This document shows positions 24,101-36,919 of a stretch of 64,000 nucleotides of DNA, piece by piece (the stretch's first letter is position 1; each line of letters starts with the position of its first letter). The translations under genes were made by a program, and so were the position numbers. The notes beneath the pieces are model-generated. The model was given only the letters and a program-made list of their open reading frames with translations. It was not told the DNA's origin and searched no databases. This stretch comes from Raillietiella orientalis (lineage: Eukaryota). Where the stretch lies: the NCBI GenBank assembly GCA_036172245.1, contig JAYWIR010000026.1:2294001-2358000 (forward strand). Reading direction: 5' to 3'.

Positions 24101-27100
24101 GCCACTGGTTTCGCGAGGGAAGGAAAAGCAGGGATGGCCAGCCGGTGCACCTGGGACAGGCATCCTCCTGGCACGGAGGCCTTTGCACGATGTTCCCTTC
24201 CATCCTTATGTTTCCCCAGGGAGTTCCAGTCGAAGCTCCTCATCACCCTGGGGGACAGCAGCAAGGGGCTGTCCCTCCTCCTGGATCGGGACCCCGTGAG
24301 ACATGTGTCGGGCGGCATCTCCCTGGCGCTCGCCTTCCCCCACGCCTCATGGGAAAGGTGGAGCCTGTCCACATCCTACGAACTCTCGGAAGAACACGCG
24401 GGCGTCCAGGTCAGCAGGAAGGGGGGTCCGAGCTTCCCTCTCCTTCCTACAACTCTCCCCCTCCCCTGCGTTCTTTTTTCCATCCGCCCCACCCCCTGCT
24501 GCTCCCGCGCCGTGGAGGGAGAGTAGGGGGACTGACACATCACCTCCCTGATGCGCTCGGCGGCTGACCCTCCATCCTAAACGGCCCCATCCTTCGCCCA
24601 CGCTTCTCCCTGGATCCCTCTCCCACCACCCTTAGACGGGGGAGAACTGCTGCTGTTCCTTTCTCTCCACCTTCACCTGGAATCCCGGAGGAACGCCCCA
24701 GTTCCCGGCTTAGCCCCATCCCATCCCTCCGACCCGAGGCCAAGCGGCGAGACTCTGAAGTTCTTTTTAGGCGCAGCTCGGCAGGGACGGCCAGGAAGCT
24801 CTCGTCACCCTGCGAGGAAGCCGGAAGGCGGTTCCCGGAGGGACCTACCGCTTCCTGGAAGCCTTCTTGGCCTACCCGTCGTCCGGCAGCAGCTACTCGC
24901 TGAGGGGCCTCATCCTCCGAGAGAAGCAGGGAAGTGGAGGCAGCCAGAGACTCCTAGGGGAAGCGGCGCTTCCCGGGAAGCTGTTCGCGGTGGACCTCCG
25001 CTCCAGAGAATTTCCTCCCCCTTCGCGGGACCAGACTGAAAGGCGGAATCGGAAGGCCTTTCCCTCGCGGGAGGCCACCTGGGCGCGGCAGTACTCCTCG
25101 TGGCCCGGAGACCGGGTCCGCGGGGACACCTCCTTCTTCCCCCCCCACGGGGAGCGGGGAGGAGCCAGGCTGGAGGTGGAGGTGCAGCGGCAATCCCACA
25201 CCGGGACGCTGCAGCATGCGAGAGTCGACCTTGAGTTGGACCCCAGTGGCGGAGGTCCCCGAGGCGACCTGCTCGACTCCTGGAACTCCCGGTTCGAGCT
25301 CCGAGGGAACCTGGAGAGGGATTCCGTTCCGCCGGGGCGCCCGACCCTAAGCGGCGGCGATGGTGCCTCCTCTCGCCCTCGGGGCCTCAGAGCGGACTTG
25401 TTCCTCCGCCTCCCGGACGCGACCGTCCTGGCCAACCTCTCAGCCAATTACTCGAGGAAGCGCGCTCCTGGCGAGCGCGTCGGAAACCACTTCCACCGCC
25501 ACCATGCCCTCCTCCGGCCAGAGGAGGGGAGTGCGGATCTGTCCGCGGTCTACCGGCCAGCACGCGGGAGGGAACTCGCCCTGCAGGCCCGCGCTTGGTC
25601 GCTCACTGGCAGGACGGAGGCCAGCGCGGTGGTCATGTCAGCGGAGGAGGCGGGCCGAACGTTGGCCACAATGTCGCTGCTGCTGGACGGAGGAAACGGA
25701 GGCGGCAGGAAAGGAGGACTTCAAGGGCCGTCGGCGAAGATCTCTGGGGAGGTGGACGCATCCCTGCTCGGAACGAAGGAGACCGCGTCCTTCTCCCTGT
25801 CTCACTCGGAGGCCCGCCCCGGGGCGAGGAGGAATGGCACCTGCCTGCTATCCCTGTCCTACGGGAGGAAGCGGCTCCTGCTGAGGCGCGAAAGCTACGA
25901 GGGCCGGGACGGATCCCGAAGGAACAGCGTCGTACTGGAGACCCCTTGGGAGGGCCTGAGGACCGCGGAGTTGCGATGCGAGCGTCTTCCGAGAGGGGAC
26001 GCCACCTTCCATCGGAGGTTCCTGGCCAGGTGGGACGAGAAGGCGATCATGGGTGAGACCCTAGCGACGCCTGCCTCGGAGAGTGGCGGCGACGGCGCGT
26101 ACAAGGTGCGCGTGGTGCTGCGCGAGCCTCCCGGAGGCAAGTACCACGGGTCATTCCTCGACGCGACTCTGCCCTGGTTCGAGGAGCACCTACCATCCCT
26201 CCCAAGGGACTTCTACATAGATGTCTCAGGGAACGTCTCCAGGAACGCCCTCCACGGTCACCTGGACGCCCAAGCGCGGTTTCCGGGGAGGGAATCCTCC
26301 TGGGTGAGCGCCGACTTCGGCCTCGACGGCCGTTCCACGAAGATCGTTCGGGATTCGACCCGCGGGTCCTCGAGGGTCAGGATGCTGCTGGTGGAGGTTG
26401 TCGCTGCCCTCTTCCAGGGACCGCTGACACGAGGGAAGATCAAGGTGTACGCGGGACGCAGCCTCCTCCGCTCCCCGGATTCCGGGAACTTGAGAGGGGC
26501 GGCGGAGGACGGTGGCCGCAACAGGCAGTCGTCCTCACCCCCGGCTCCGGGACCTGAGAAGCCACTCCTTCGCCTCGAGCTGGACCTCGACCCGACAGGG
26601 GGCAAGGCGGAGCTTGAAGTGAGGGATTGGAGTGGTGAGGAAGGCGGGGAGGGAGAGGAAAAGGAGGTGCTGCCCTTGCAGGCCGCCATGACCTTCGCGC
26701 GCTTCCTTGCCAGCAGAGGCTCCGAGGGCCGACCCCTGAAGGCGTCCTTGCAGGGCGAGGGCGTGGGAGCGCTGCGGCTGGCTGCCTCCTCTCTGAGGAG
26801 GAGGAGCCACGACGAACGCCTGCTTGAGGTCGAGGTGGATGAGGCTCCGGTGCGTCCTAGTCGCCGCGGCAGCTCTCCCGTGAGGAGCGCCCGCATGCAG
26901 TGGAAAGTCATCCAACACCAGGGGGTCGCTCTTCCCGCGCTATGGATCCTGTCCCTGCGGAGAAGCTCCGGTGAGGAGGAGGAGACGGACTCAGTCTTCG
27001 CCGACCTCGTCGGAGGGAACAAAAAGGTCCGCTACTCGTGGAGCAGGTCGAGGTCGGCCGGAGGGGAGGCCCTGCTGAGCTACTCGCGGGGAGGTGACCC

Positions 27101-30100
27101 AGCAGTGTCCTTCCGGGCGACCGGCTCTCTGCCCTGGGAGGCGACCTGGAAGAACAACAGCACCCTGGATCTTAGAATGGACGCCACTCGCTCCCGGGAA
27201 TCCTGGTCGCTGGTCGTCGACGGGCACGTCGGCGGGAGGGAGGTGTTCCTGGACTTCGTGGCGAACGGAACGATCTTCGAAGCGAGGCATCGGGACTGGG
27301 ACCTCTCGTCCGGGGTCCCTGGGCTTCCACGCGAGGAATCCGGCACGCCAGTGCTTCTGTTGCTGGGAAATTCCCGGTGGGGCGTCCCGGTGTCCGGCGG
27401 GAGCAGTGCCTCTACAGCAGGTGGCGCCGCTAGCCTCAGTCTGAGGTACGACAGTTCCATGGCGCGCAGGGGCGCCCAGTTGGCCATCCACGTGTCCGAA
27501 CTAGTCAACCTCGAGGCAGAGTACCAGGTCGGTGGCGGAAACGGAGGCAGGGACCCCGGGGCGGTCCTCGTGCATGGAAGGTTCGACTCCGAGCGTTTCC
27601 CACGCGCATCCTGGACGGCGCACATGAACGCGTCCGGCGACGGGAAGCACCTGTCTGCACGGACGGAGTCGCGGCTGCTGAACCTCGACCTGGAGGTTCG
27701 GCGTGTCCCTTCAGATTGGCCCGGAGACCGGTCTTCGAAGCTGCTCTTCGACCTTGGCGTTCTCTTCCCTCTCTGGACCGACCCGGACGGAGCCGCCATC
27801 TCAGGGTTGCTGAGAGCGGAGGCCTCTAAGCGGCACGCGACACTGAGGGTCGCCGTGCCTGCGCTGGCCACGCTCGAGTGGACGTACAGGGTCGGGGAGT
27901 CCTCCTCGGAGGCCGGACTGCTGCTTTCGCCCTCGAGCAGCAGCCTTGGGGATAGCGAGGCCCTGGTTCGGTGGAGCTGCGTACGGGGCAGGAACTGCCA
28001 CCTCTTCGCGCAAGCGGGACATTCAGGCAGGAAATTCCGCGCGGAGTTCGACTACCGGGTGGGATCCCGGGGCGACTTCTGGTTCGTCGCGACGGCCAGC
28101 ACCCCCTGGAAGGGGTGGGAGGATGCGATCCTGCAGGGAAACTTCCACAGGAAGGGCGCCGGTCCGACGAGGAAGGTGCACCTCTACCTCAGTGGGGAAG
28201 TCGGATCGTCCCGGGTCCAGATCCAGCTAAAGAAGAACCCGGGGACCTTCGACCTGACAGGGAACCTGACTTCGGAATGGATGCGGGCGTTTGCGCGCGC
28301 CTCGAGCGCCGCTGACGATCGAGGGAGGCGCTCCTTGCTCGCAGAGGTAGACGTCCTCCCGTTCGGGAGGATAGTCCTGACCCATAGACCCCACCGCAAC
28401 TGCTCTATCGAGGCGGAGGTCCTGGACTGCCACTTCCAGGCCCGTTACCAGGCGGAGTCCTCCTTCGGAGAAGATGAACTGGCGGCTTCCAGTTGGCTTG
28501 CTTCCAAGAGCGCCCTCCGGAGGGCGGATGCGGGCTTCGACGCCGGGGAGGGGAGTGTCTTCGCGCGGCTGTACTGCAAGGAAAGGGAAATGGAGTGGAA
28601 AGGTTCTCTAGGCCTGCCCCTCCGGAAGGACCTGTTCCACCTGGAGACGAGTCTCCTGACGAAGCTCCCCCTGTGGGGCAGCCGGCGGCGGGAGGCGGGT
28701 CTCCGTTACGACCTGCGCAGTGCGCGCCAGAACTCTCTGAGCGTCCACCTGGAGGACGGTCCGAAGAGGGCATCCTTGGAGCACCGGCTGAGCAGGGGTC
28801 CCGATGGGAAGGCGCTCCTCCGCCTGCACGCGGTAACCCCCTTTCGTGACGCCCTCGGGAAACCCCTGGAGATCCTCTGCGTTGCGTCGGGACAGAAGGG
28901 GGAGGGTGCGGACGTCGCCAGCACCGCGAACCTCTTCATCCAAGCGGCCAACTGGTCGGCGGCGCTTGACCTCAAGGACTCCTCCTCCCGGGTCGACGGC
29001 GCCAGGAACGTCTTCGCCAGCCTAGAAGCCCGCGGCCCGGCGGCAGTGCTGCTCGGCAGCAGCTTCCTCAACGCGACCTCGATGCTCTCCTGGAAGGAGG
29101 ACCGTTTTGTGGTCAGCGTGCTCACCTCCTCGGACCACCGGTCCTCCGAGGTCACGCTCTGGCGCGACAGAATCCGCGGAGTCCCGGAGTGGAAAGCGCA
29201 GCTGGAGAGCTCCGGAACGAGCAGCGGCGACCCTCCTCCCCCTTCGATCCGGGGACGGCTGTGGTACACGGAGTCCTCCCTCCAGGCGAGTCTGTCTCGA
29301 GGGGACGAGTTCTTGACGGTCGTCCGAAAGGTCGATGCGCTGCTCGCGACAGCATCAGCGGAGGTGAACCTTCTTGTGCATACGTCGTCCCCGGGTTACG
29401 AGACCGTGAGAGTCAGCTACTCGCACGAAACTTCCGGCGACGGCTCGCTGTCCTTCAAGTCCGGCCTCCAGTGGGAAAACAGAAGCGCCCACGCCTCCTT
29501 CCGGGCGAAGCCTACGGACGGAGGACTGGTCCTGCAGCTGCTCCTAGAGACGCCGTTCGAAGGATTCGAGAACATCACCTGCCGGGCGAGCCGACAGCAG
29601 CGGAAGGGGGGGGATGCATCTTTCGAGCTCCTGCTCGAGGCGTCGGAGGAACGTCGGGTCAAGGTGGAGGTTCTCGTGGAGAGTCAAGTGGTGGTAATCA
29701 GCATCGAGACTCCCTTAGGCCCGGACAGGGGAGAGGGACCGGAGCGGTCCTGGGATGGCGCGGGCAGGTTTAGCTACAAGGTCGAGGGCGAGAGGAGGTG
29801 GCGGCGGTGGGATGGCCGCGCCGCCTCCGGGGCAGTGCTCAAGAAGGTCCGCAGGGTGGTCGTGGAGAGTGAGGCGGCCTGGGACGGCGCTGCTATCAGG
29901 GCGGCGGGCAACTTGGCTGCTGAGGAGTCGGGAGCTGTCGAGGGCAGGTTCTCCTTGGAGACCCCCTTCCCCGGATACGAAGAGGTCGCCGTCCATGTCC
30001 ACAGCGCGGAGGAGGACGGCGGCGGCCAGCGAGCCGTGGTCGTGGCCTCCCGCTCCCCTTCCGAGGAAGTGGCCCGGCTGATCGTGAGATGGACTCGCTC

Positions 30101-33100
30101 TCAGGAGGGCCGCCTGAAAGCGGACGCCGAACTGAAGGCTCTCGGCTTCGGCCCTCTCGGCGTTCTCTCGAAATTGACCATCGTGGGGAAGGACGACGTG
30201 CAGCTGACCGTTTCCCTCCCCACGAAGGGAAGACGGGACGCCCTCCCTCCTAAGATGGAGCTGAAGTACCAGAGAAGCGGTGCCTCGACAGTCTCGCCGC
30301 CGCCGCTACTGCTGCTGCTGCTGCTCGAAGCAGGGACGGAAGGAGAAGCGGATGGGAGATCCATCCCCCGCACGACCACGCAGCTGCGGCTGCAGGCGGC
30401 TCGGCGGGAGTTCGAACTGGAGCTAAAGGACGACATGCTGGCGCGTATCCTGAGCCTGCCCGCTGCGGTCGACTTGTCCCTCGTCCGGAGCGCGGGCACG
30501 CCCAGAGCGGCCCATGGGACGCTGAGGGTGATCCTCCGCCGAACGGACGACGGCTCCACGCTGTACGCCCACGCGTCCGGCTACAAGCTCTCCCTGATCC
30601 CCGGAGAATCTCTCCGGGCCACCGCCCACCTGGACGACGACTTCCTCCCGACGCTCGCGGGCAATCTGTCGTGGGAGCCGGGTAAGCTCACTGTGGACCT
30701 GAAGGTCGCCGCCTTGAGCTGGCAGGACCGAGAAGCGCCTCCGACCCAAAGGGGCAGGGGCGGAGTGCTTGATGTGAAGACCTCCTCGAAACGCAATCAC
30801 CACCTCCATCTCTCCCTCGACGGAGAAGAGAGGAGGGGACAGATGACCCTGGAAAGCCCACTACTTCCCAGAGGGAGGCGTCTCTCGGCAGTGTATGAGC
30901 TCTCCCACTCTAAGGGACGATCCTTCATATGGGAAGCGCGATTGTGGCTCTCCGACGACGACTGGCCGACCCAAGGAACAGTGACTTTGGCCTCGGAAAG
31001 TGACTCAGGGTTCCTCGATCTCTCCTCGGCCTTGTTCTCCTCGGACGGGAATTTGTTCCACCTGAAGGTCGAGCGAAGGGACTTTCCCGACCGCTCTTCC
31101 CTGAGGAACCTCTGGCTGACGCTGCAGTCCAAGATCCCTCGTCTGGAGGTGATCGAATTGTCTGGGAGTCTGAAGAGCAAGGAAGAGTGGATTCTCGACC
31201 TCTCCTTGAATATCCAAGCGCCTTCCGGTAATCTCCTGCGGGCCAGCATCAGGATGGACCGCTCTGCTGCTGCCTCCACCAGCCGCTTTGATGCGGGCGG
31301 AGGTCGGCGGATCTTTGCTGAAGTCCTCGCCGCAGGCTACGCCGGGAATTTCAGCTACGCCGCGGGAAGTCCCGTGGAGACTGAGATCGTAGTGAGAAGG
31401 GTCCAGGAAACCTCGGAGGAGGAGAAGGAGGAGAAGAGGCTCCTGCTTCACCTGGGTCTGAAAGGGTCCGGACTCCGCCTGTTCCTGGAAACGCGCTGTC
31501 CCTTCCTCCCGACGTGCGACCTCAGCGCCACCGTTGTCCGCCTGCCGGATGACGGCGGGCGCCGGATGGAGATCCACGGGAATGCGGGAAATGCCGCCGT
31601 CGCTCTCGACGCCCAGATGCAATGGCGCCCTCTCCTCCTGGCTTCGACTGAGCTGCTGGTGGACGGCAGAGCCTACGGGGCGCTGCTCCGGGCGGAGAAC
31701 GGGTCGAGGAAACGCCTAGTGGCAGTCATCCGCGTGCCGAGTGACACCTACGGGGTCGAGCTGGACTCCTCCTTCGGAGGACCGACGAACTTCCGGTACG
31801 TTCTCAAGCTAAAGACCCCTCTGGAACACATGGGTCTGGACTTGCGAGCGACGTGCTATATGTCCGAACGCGTCGCGGACATCGTGTGGATGATCCACCT
31901 GGGTGGCTGGAAGGTGGTCGACGTCGCTGTCAGGCATGGGGAGACCTTCCGCCGGGAGCACGCGTCGGCAGCACAGGAGGAGGAGGAGAAAGAGGAAGGG
32001 AGATTTTCCCTGCTCCCGAGGATGGCTTCCGACCCCTGGCTCCGTCCGGAAGACGACGGCGCCGCACTGCGATACTACGAGGAACTGCACGTCCTGTTCG
32101 CACCATCCAAAAAATACGAAATTCTGGCGAGGAAGGCTGCGGGGAGCGGTGGTGCCCTGGACTCCGTCCTGTCGTGGACCTGGGGCGACGCTAAGATGCT
32201 TCATCTGGAGGCGAAGAACCTGAGGAACGCCAAGGCCGTGGAGGTGACTCTGGGAGCGACTGAAAACCAGCGGTCGGCAAGAGTCAGCTTGGCGAGGCGG
32301 GATAGCCGCCGCTGGCTGTGCGACGGACGCTACGTCGGCTACCTGGACGGCCCTTCCTTGGCGAACATCTCCTTTTCAGCGGATGCAGGCGCCGAGGACC
32401 CGCGCCACCTCTCGGCGAACCTGGCCTTTTCGAACGGGCAGAGGTTTTCCTCGAGGCTGCGGGTGGTTGTGCCCATGGCACTGGGCGGCGCCAAAGGCGA
32501 ATTGTCGCTGAAGCACGTGATCAAGGTCGAGGTCGACGAGAAGACCCTCGGATACGACTTCCTCCTGCAGCGGAGGCGCCTCGGTGCCTGGGAAGAGCGT
32601 CTGTCGCTCTTCGCCGGCAGCGCCAGCTACGAGCTGACATCCTCCTACACCGCCGACGGCGTAAGCATCTTGGGGGCCCACGCGTCTTTCCGCATTGTTT
32701 CCGAGTGGCGAGAAGAGAGCCGCCACCGTTTCGAAGGAGTGGACTTCCAGGAGCACCGGACGGAGTTCATGGACGGCCGGAGAGTGGCTCTGGAGCTGCT
32801 CTCCTCGGACCCCGAGAGGAGGGTGGTGCTCTCGCACGAGTTCTTCCGGGGTAGCGGCACGCTTAGCAGCGCGACCGCCGTCAGGGACCACCTGGGTCGT
32901 GCCCTGGCCCTCCTGAGACTGGCAGGCCGCCGGGACGCGGATGGAGACGCGAGCTTCGTGCTCCATTCCATCCTGCTGGCCGCGGACCACAACTTCCGCC
33001 TGGTGGGCGACTGGAAGAGGAAGCCCGCGGTGCGCGGGCACGACTGGCACCTGACCTCCGACTTCCTGGAGGAAGGGGGCGGGAACAGGCACTGCGAGCT

Positions 33101-36100
33101 CGGGTTCGCCTTGTCCAGGAAGGGGGACGGGAGCGGTGTGGAGATGGAGGCGTACACCGCCAACAGGTCCTACGCCCTGTCCGCGACCCTGCCAGCTCGG
33201 CAGCAGCGGGGTCACTGGTGGCAACCCTTCTGCCAGCGCAGCCTTGCGTCTGGGACGCCAGTCGTCGCCCTCGACCTCCGCTCGGATGGCCGTGAAGTGT
33301 TCTCCGCCGAGTCCTCCTTCGACCCCAGGGCGCTCCTCGTGAAGGTCAGTGCCGCCCTCCAGCCCCCTGTGAGGGTCAGAGGAAGAAAGGGAGGAAAGGA
33401 GAAAGATCACGACCTCCCTTCCCTTTTCTCTGCCTCTCTCGAGGCAAGCTTGCCCTCGCACGTCATTCCCCGCTCTCCCCCCCTTCTCAGGTCTATGCGT
33501 GGGCGGGATCGCCGAGCAGATTCTTCCTGGCTCTGCGCCTGAAAAGCGAGAGGAAGGCTCAGCTGTCTCTCCAGTGGGACCCGAACCTTCCGGACGTGCT
33601 GCAAGTGAGTGTAGGGGGAGCGAAGCGGGAAAAAGGGATAGAAGAGTAGGAGGAGAAGGAGGAGCGCAGGCGCGAGCGTGCGCTTCCCCTACTCTGTACC
33701 TCGGCCCACTAGCAAGAGACGGCAGCCTTCCCGTCCTCTCTGTCTAAAAGAGGGCCATTGGGGATACTGTCCTCGCGCAGACCGCGTGCCGGGAGGTAGA
33801 ACCTTCCGAGGCAGAGGAGGAGGCAGCGAGCCTCTTCCTCCGTCTCCGCAGCAACGGTCAGCGGCAACGAAGACTTCCCTGAGGGCAGCCGACCAGCCAT
33901 CTAGGCAAGTCGACAGCCCTATTCCTCCTCTCAGATGCCGCCGCCCCTCATGAGCAGGCCATCTCTCAGACTCCACTTTCCCAAAGGAGTGGTCCAAGGT
34001 GGCGGTTTGGAGGCAGCGGATAGCCGCTCCCTCCTCCCACGCCATGCGCGCCCTGCGGCAGCTCGCCCACCAGGCCTCCCGCGTCCCGAACGCGCTGGAA
34101 AACGCGGCAAGCGACGTGCTGGAGAGAGTCCGCGAAGTCGCCGGGAAGGCGAGCCGGACGGACCCGCCGCCGTCCCTACTGAAGACGTGGTGGGCGAAGT
34201 TCAGGGAAGCCTGGCACCCGGTGTCTCCCTCTTTGGCGCGACTTCTGGATGCTTTCTCGGATGTGGCTGCTTCCCTCTCGTCGCCCAGGTAACCACGCGC
34301 GCAGCCCCCCTGAGCACGTTCCTTTCTTGCGTCTCCCGCAGAACGAGCACGGGCACTTTTCCTGAGGCATCCCACTCCGCTCCGGCGCGACTCCGGCCCT
34401 CGTGGTTCTTGAGCTTGGGAGACGACCTGGCCGGCCTCTTTCCCTCGAAGGAAAAGCTGCGACGCTCCCTGGACGTCCTCCGAAAAGATGCCCTGAACGC
34501 GTGGAAGCCACTGGAGCAGGCCACTACCTCAATGGCGGGTCGCGTCCACCGGTCCGCCTCCGCCTTCCTCTCCACCGCCCGATCCCGGATCCAGCGCCAC
34601 ACAAGTAGGCAGAGACGCAACAAAAAAGAGCAACCTCCCTTCTCTCCCCCCTCACTTTCCTCTCAGGTGTCCTGGCAGTCAGCCTGGGGGCGTTCGTTCC
34701 CGAATTCCAGTCCAGAGCCGCAGGCTGGGAGTGGCAGCCGCCTCGGGCGGTGGGGAGCCTACCCGAGGAAGCGGTGAGCTCGCAGAAGAAAGGGGATTTT
34801 TTCGGACGGAGGACTCTTCTTTTCCTCTCTGCAGGGAGGGCCTCTCGAGCTGGAGGATGACTCCGACCGCTGGGCAAGGAGGCTCCAGAGAGGCCTCAAG
34901 GTGGCGCTCCATCACCTCTTCGCGGGCACCGCCATTGCGTTCGCGCCGGAGAGAGGCCAGCTAGAGCTGTCCGGACGCCACCCCTTCTTGTGGGGGTCGC
35001 TCTGCGAGGTGCCTTCCCTGCCTTGGGTGCCACGACCATCCCCTCGAATCCCAGACCGGGAGGACACCGCCGTCCCTCTCGCACCTTCCCAGAGGAAGAT
35101 CCCTCGCATCCACGGCCTGGTCACGGATACGCACGTCGTGGCCTTCGACGGCAACCTCTACGAAATCACCCGAGGCGATGGGTGCCGCTACTTCCTGATG
35201 AGGGGCCGCTTCAGGCACGACTTCTTCATGCTGGAGCTCGTTCACATCTGGGAGAGCCCGAAGGAACCGGCTCGAGCCTCCGTGTCCTTGAGGATCGGGG
35301 CAGCCGCCTTGGAACTCCGCGTCGATGACAGCGACAACGGCACCGGCGCCGTCGTCGTGGAGGACATTTCTTCCGGGGAGGGTAAACGGATCTCCGAGCT
35401 GCCCTTCCGGGAGCGCTCTGTGGGGTTGCTCGTTGAGAGGGCGGCGGATGGGGGCGCCGTCGTGCGGTTCCACGAGCTCCTGCAGGTCGTCGCCAGTCCA
35501 GACGGTTCCTTCGAGGTCGTCGTCTCCGACAATTTCTTCAACTACATTGATGATGGCCTCCTGAAGCCTTCGAGGAAAAACTCTAATCCCGAGAATTCGC
35601 GGAGCGAGATGATGTCGGAACTGCCACCAGACGGTTGCAAACTGCTCAACCTCTCCAGCGCCGCCGACGTATCTCTCCCCGCCAACACCGCTGACGCCTG
35701 CCGACGCCTCCTGTCCTCCGCCGAAAGCCCTCTGAGACCATGCAATGACTTCGTGGACCCGGAACCCTACATTCGCATGTGCACCCGACGCTCCCCATGG
35801 ACCAGCGGAAGAGACGATCACCGGTGTCCAGCCGCTCGGGTGTACGCTGTCAGGTGCAGGCTCATCCTGGCTCCTTGGGAGGGCCGGGTTACTCTGCCAC
35901 TCTTTTGCGCGAGGTGCTCCGGAGGTCCCAAGAGCATCCTTGGGGGGCAGACGCGTGAGTTCCGCGGCCTCCCGCGGAGCGCCGACGTGGTCGTTGCCTT
36001 CGACCGCTCGTGCGTGGGCGCTCCACTGCTGGAGGCGCTCTCGGAGGAGGTGGCGGCCCGCGCTCTGGAGAAGGGCGTGGAGGAGATCCGGTTCGCCTCT

Positions 36101-36658
36101 GTGGGGATCGGGAAAGCTGGTCCTCAGGTGCATGCATCCGGAAAAGACGCCATCTGGAGGAGGGGGAGGTTGCCGTCCCTCTCCGGGTTCTCGGGAGGCG
36201 GCGGCGCCGCGTGCGCAGAGGCTGCGCCCGACGCGAGAGACGCCCTCGGCCTGGCCCGGAAGCTGCCGTTCTCCCCGCACGCCTCCAGGCACATCCTCCT
36301 CGTCACCTGTGAGGAAAGCTGTGCGGAAACAAGGACCCTCTCGACCGACGTCCGGTTGCACTTCCTCGCCGTGACCTGCGGCTACCGGAACGCCTCGGGC
36401 GAAGCCGGCGACGGCGCAGATGGTAGTGCGAACCGGTGCAGCTTTCTGGCGCGCTGGGGAGACGATGTCCTCCGAGAGCTGGTTCCCTCTCGGGGTAGCC
36501 CGGAAGTCTCCCGACCAGCCTCTCTCCTGGCGACGCGGATCGCCAACACAACTCCCGCCCAGGAGTGCCAGGTGTGCGAATGCGCGGGCGATGCGAAGCT
36601 CCGCTGCCGTCGATGCGCCGACGACGCCCTCACCCTTCAGAACCCGGTCACTCGGTGA
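15121..36658 (+). CDS. Giant large lipid transfer protein (apolipophorin/Apoltp-like): signal peptide, Vitellogenin_N/LPD_N, DUF1943-like, extended beta-rich region, amphipathic helical region, VWD, C8, vWA-like C-terminus; multi-exon
   Basis: Exon 1 (15121-15184) encodes the signal peptide MALFMLLLRLLLGVVAAARAQ. LLTP hallmarks follow: 'YRVGFTYGYHY', 'SCEFILQL', 'WALNIKRGLLSAFQ', 'ETDVHGDC', 'LRAIGNAG', 'VRIAAYLAVMACP', 'GNFVWTHLSNL', 'RKLSRNYE', 'ESNVVF..SYLPRSAMLNLT', 'LPTSSGLPLRL'. Large exon at 24771-33443. The last exon (34835-36658) has VWD 'HVVAFDG..CRYFL', C8 'PCNDFVDPEPYIRMC' and 'SADVVVAFD..LPFSPHASRHILLVTC'. Some internal exon boundaries (21.3-24.2 kb, 33.7-34.0 kb) are tentative. 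Confidence 0.92.
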
Positions 36659-36735
36659 AGCCGTGAGAGCAGCTACCCCCTTCTTCTGCCGTCTTCCATC
36701 TCCGGCTCGCGATTCCGCGGTTGCCCGGGGGACGG

Positions 36736-36741
36736 AATAAA
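36736..36741 (+). promoter_or_regulatory. Putative polyadenylation signal of the LLTP gene
   Basis: AATAAA about 78 nt after the TGA stop, in otherwise GC-rich sequence. Confidence 0.55.
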
Positions 36742-36919
36742 AGAGTCCTTTCTGCAGGGTGACGCTGGTTGGGCTTCGGATGCTGCGGCGCTGATGGAAT
36801 CCTAAAACCCCCGGATGCCTCCAATGACTAGCAGGGACTGGGAGTCGACCCCCTGGGGTCCCTCCGGGAACCAAGGAAACCTGAAGGGTTCCCATCCGGT
36901 TGTGTAAATAAAGCCGTCC

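Noticed and set aside
24867..33542. 2891-aa ORF as a stand-alone novel gene
   Set aside because: It starts at TTG, has a good acceptor at 24770 and a GC donor at 33444, and lies in phase between LLTP N- and C-terminal exons.
34961..36895. 644-aa minus-strand ORF and the many other overlapping ORFs in 11-50 kb and 55-64 kb
   Set aside because: These are antisense shadows or chance ORFs in high-GC DNA, with no recognisable domains.
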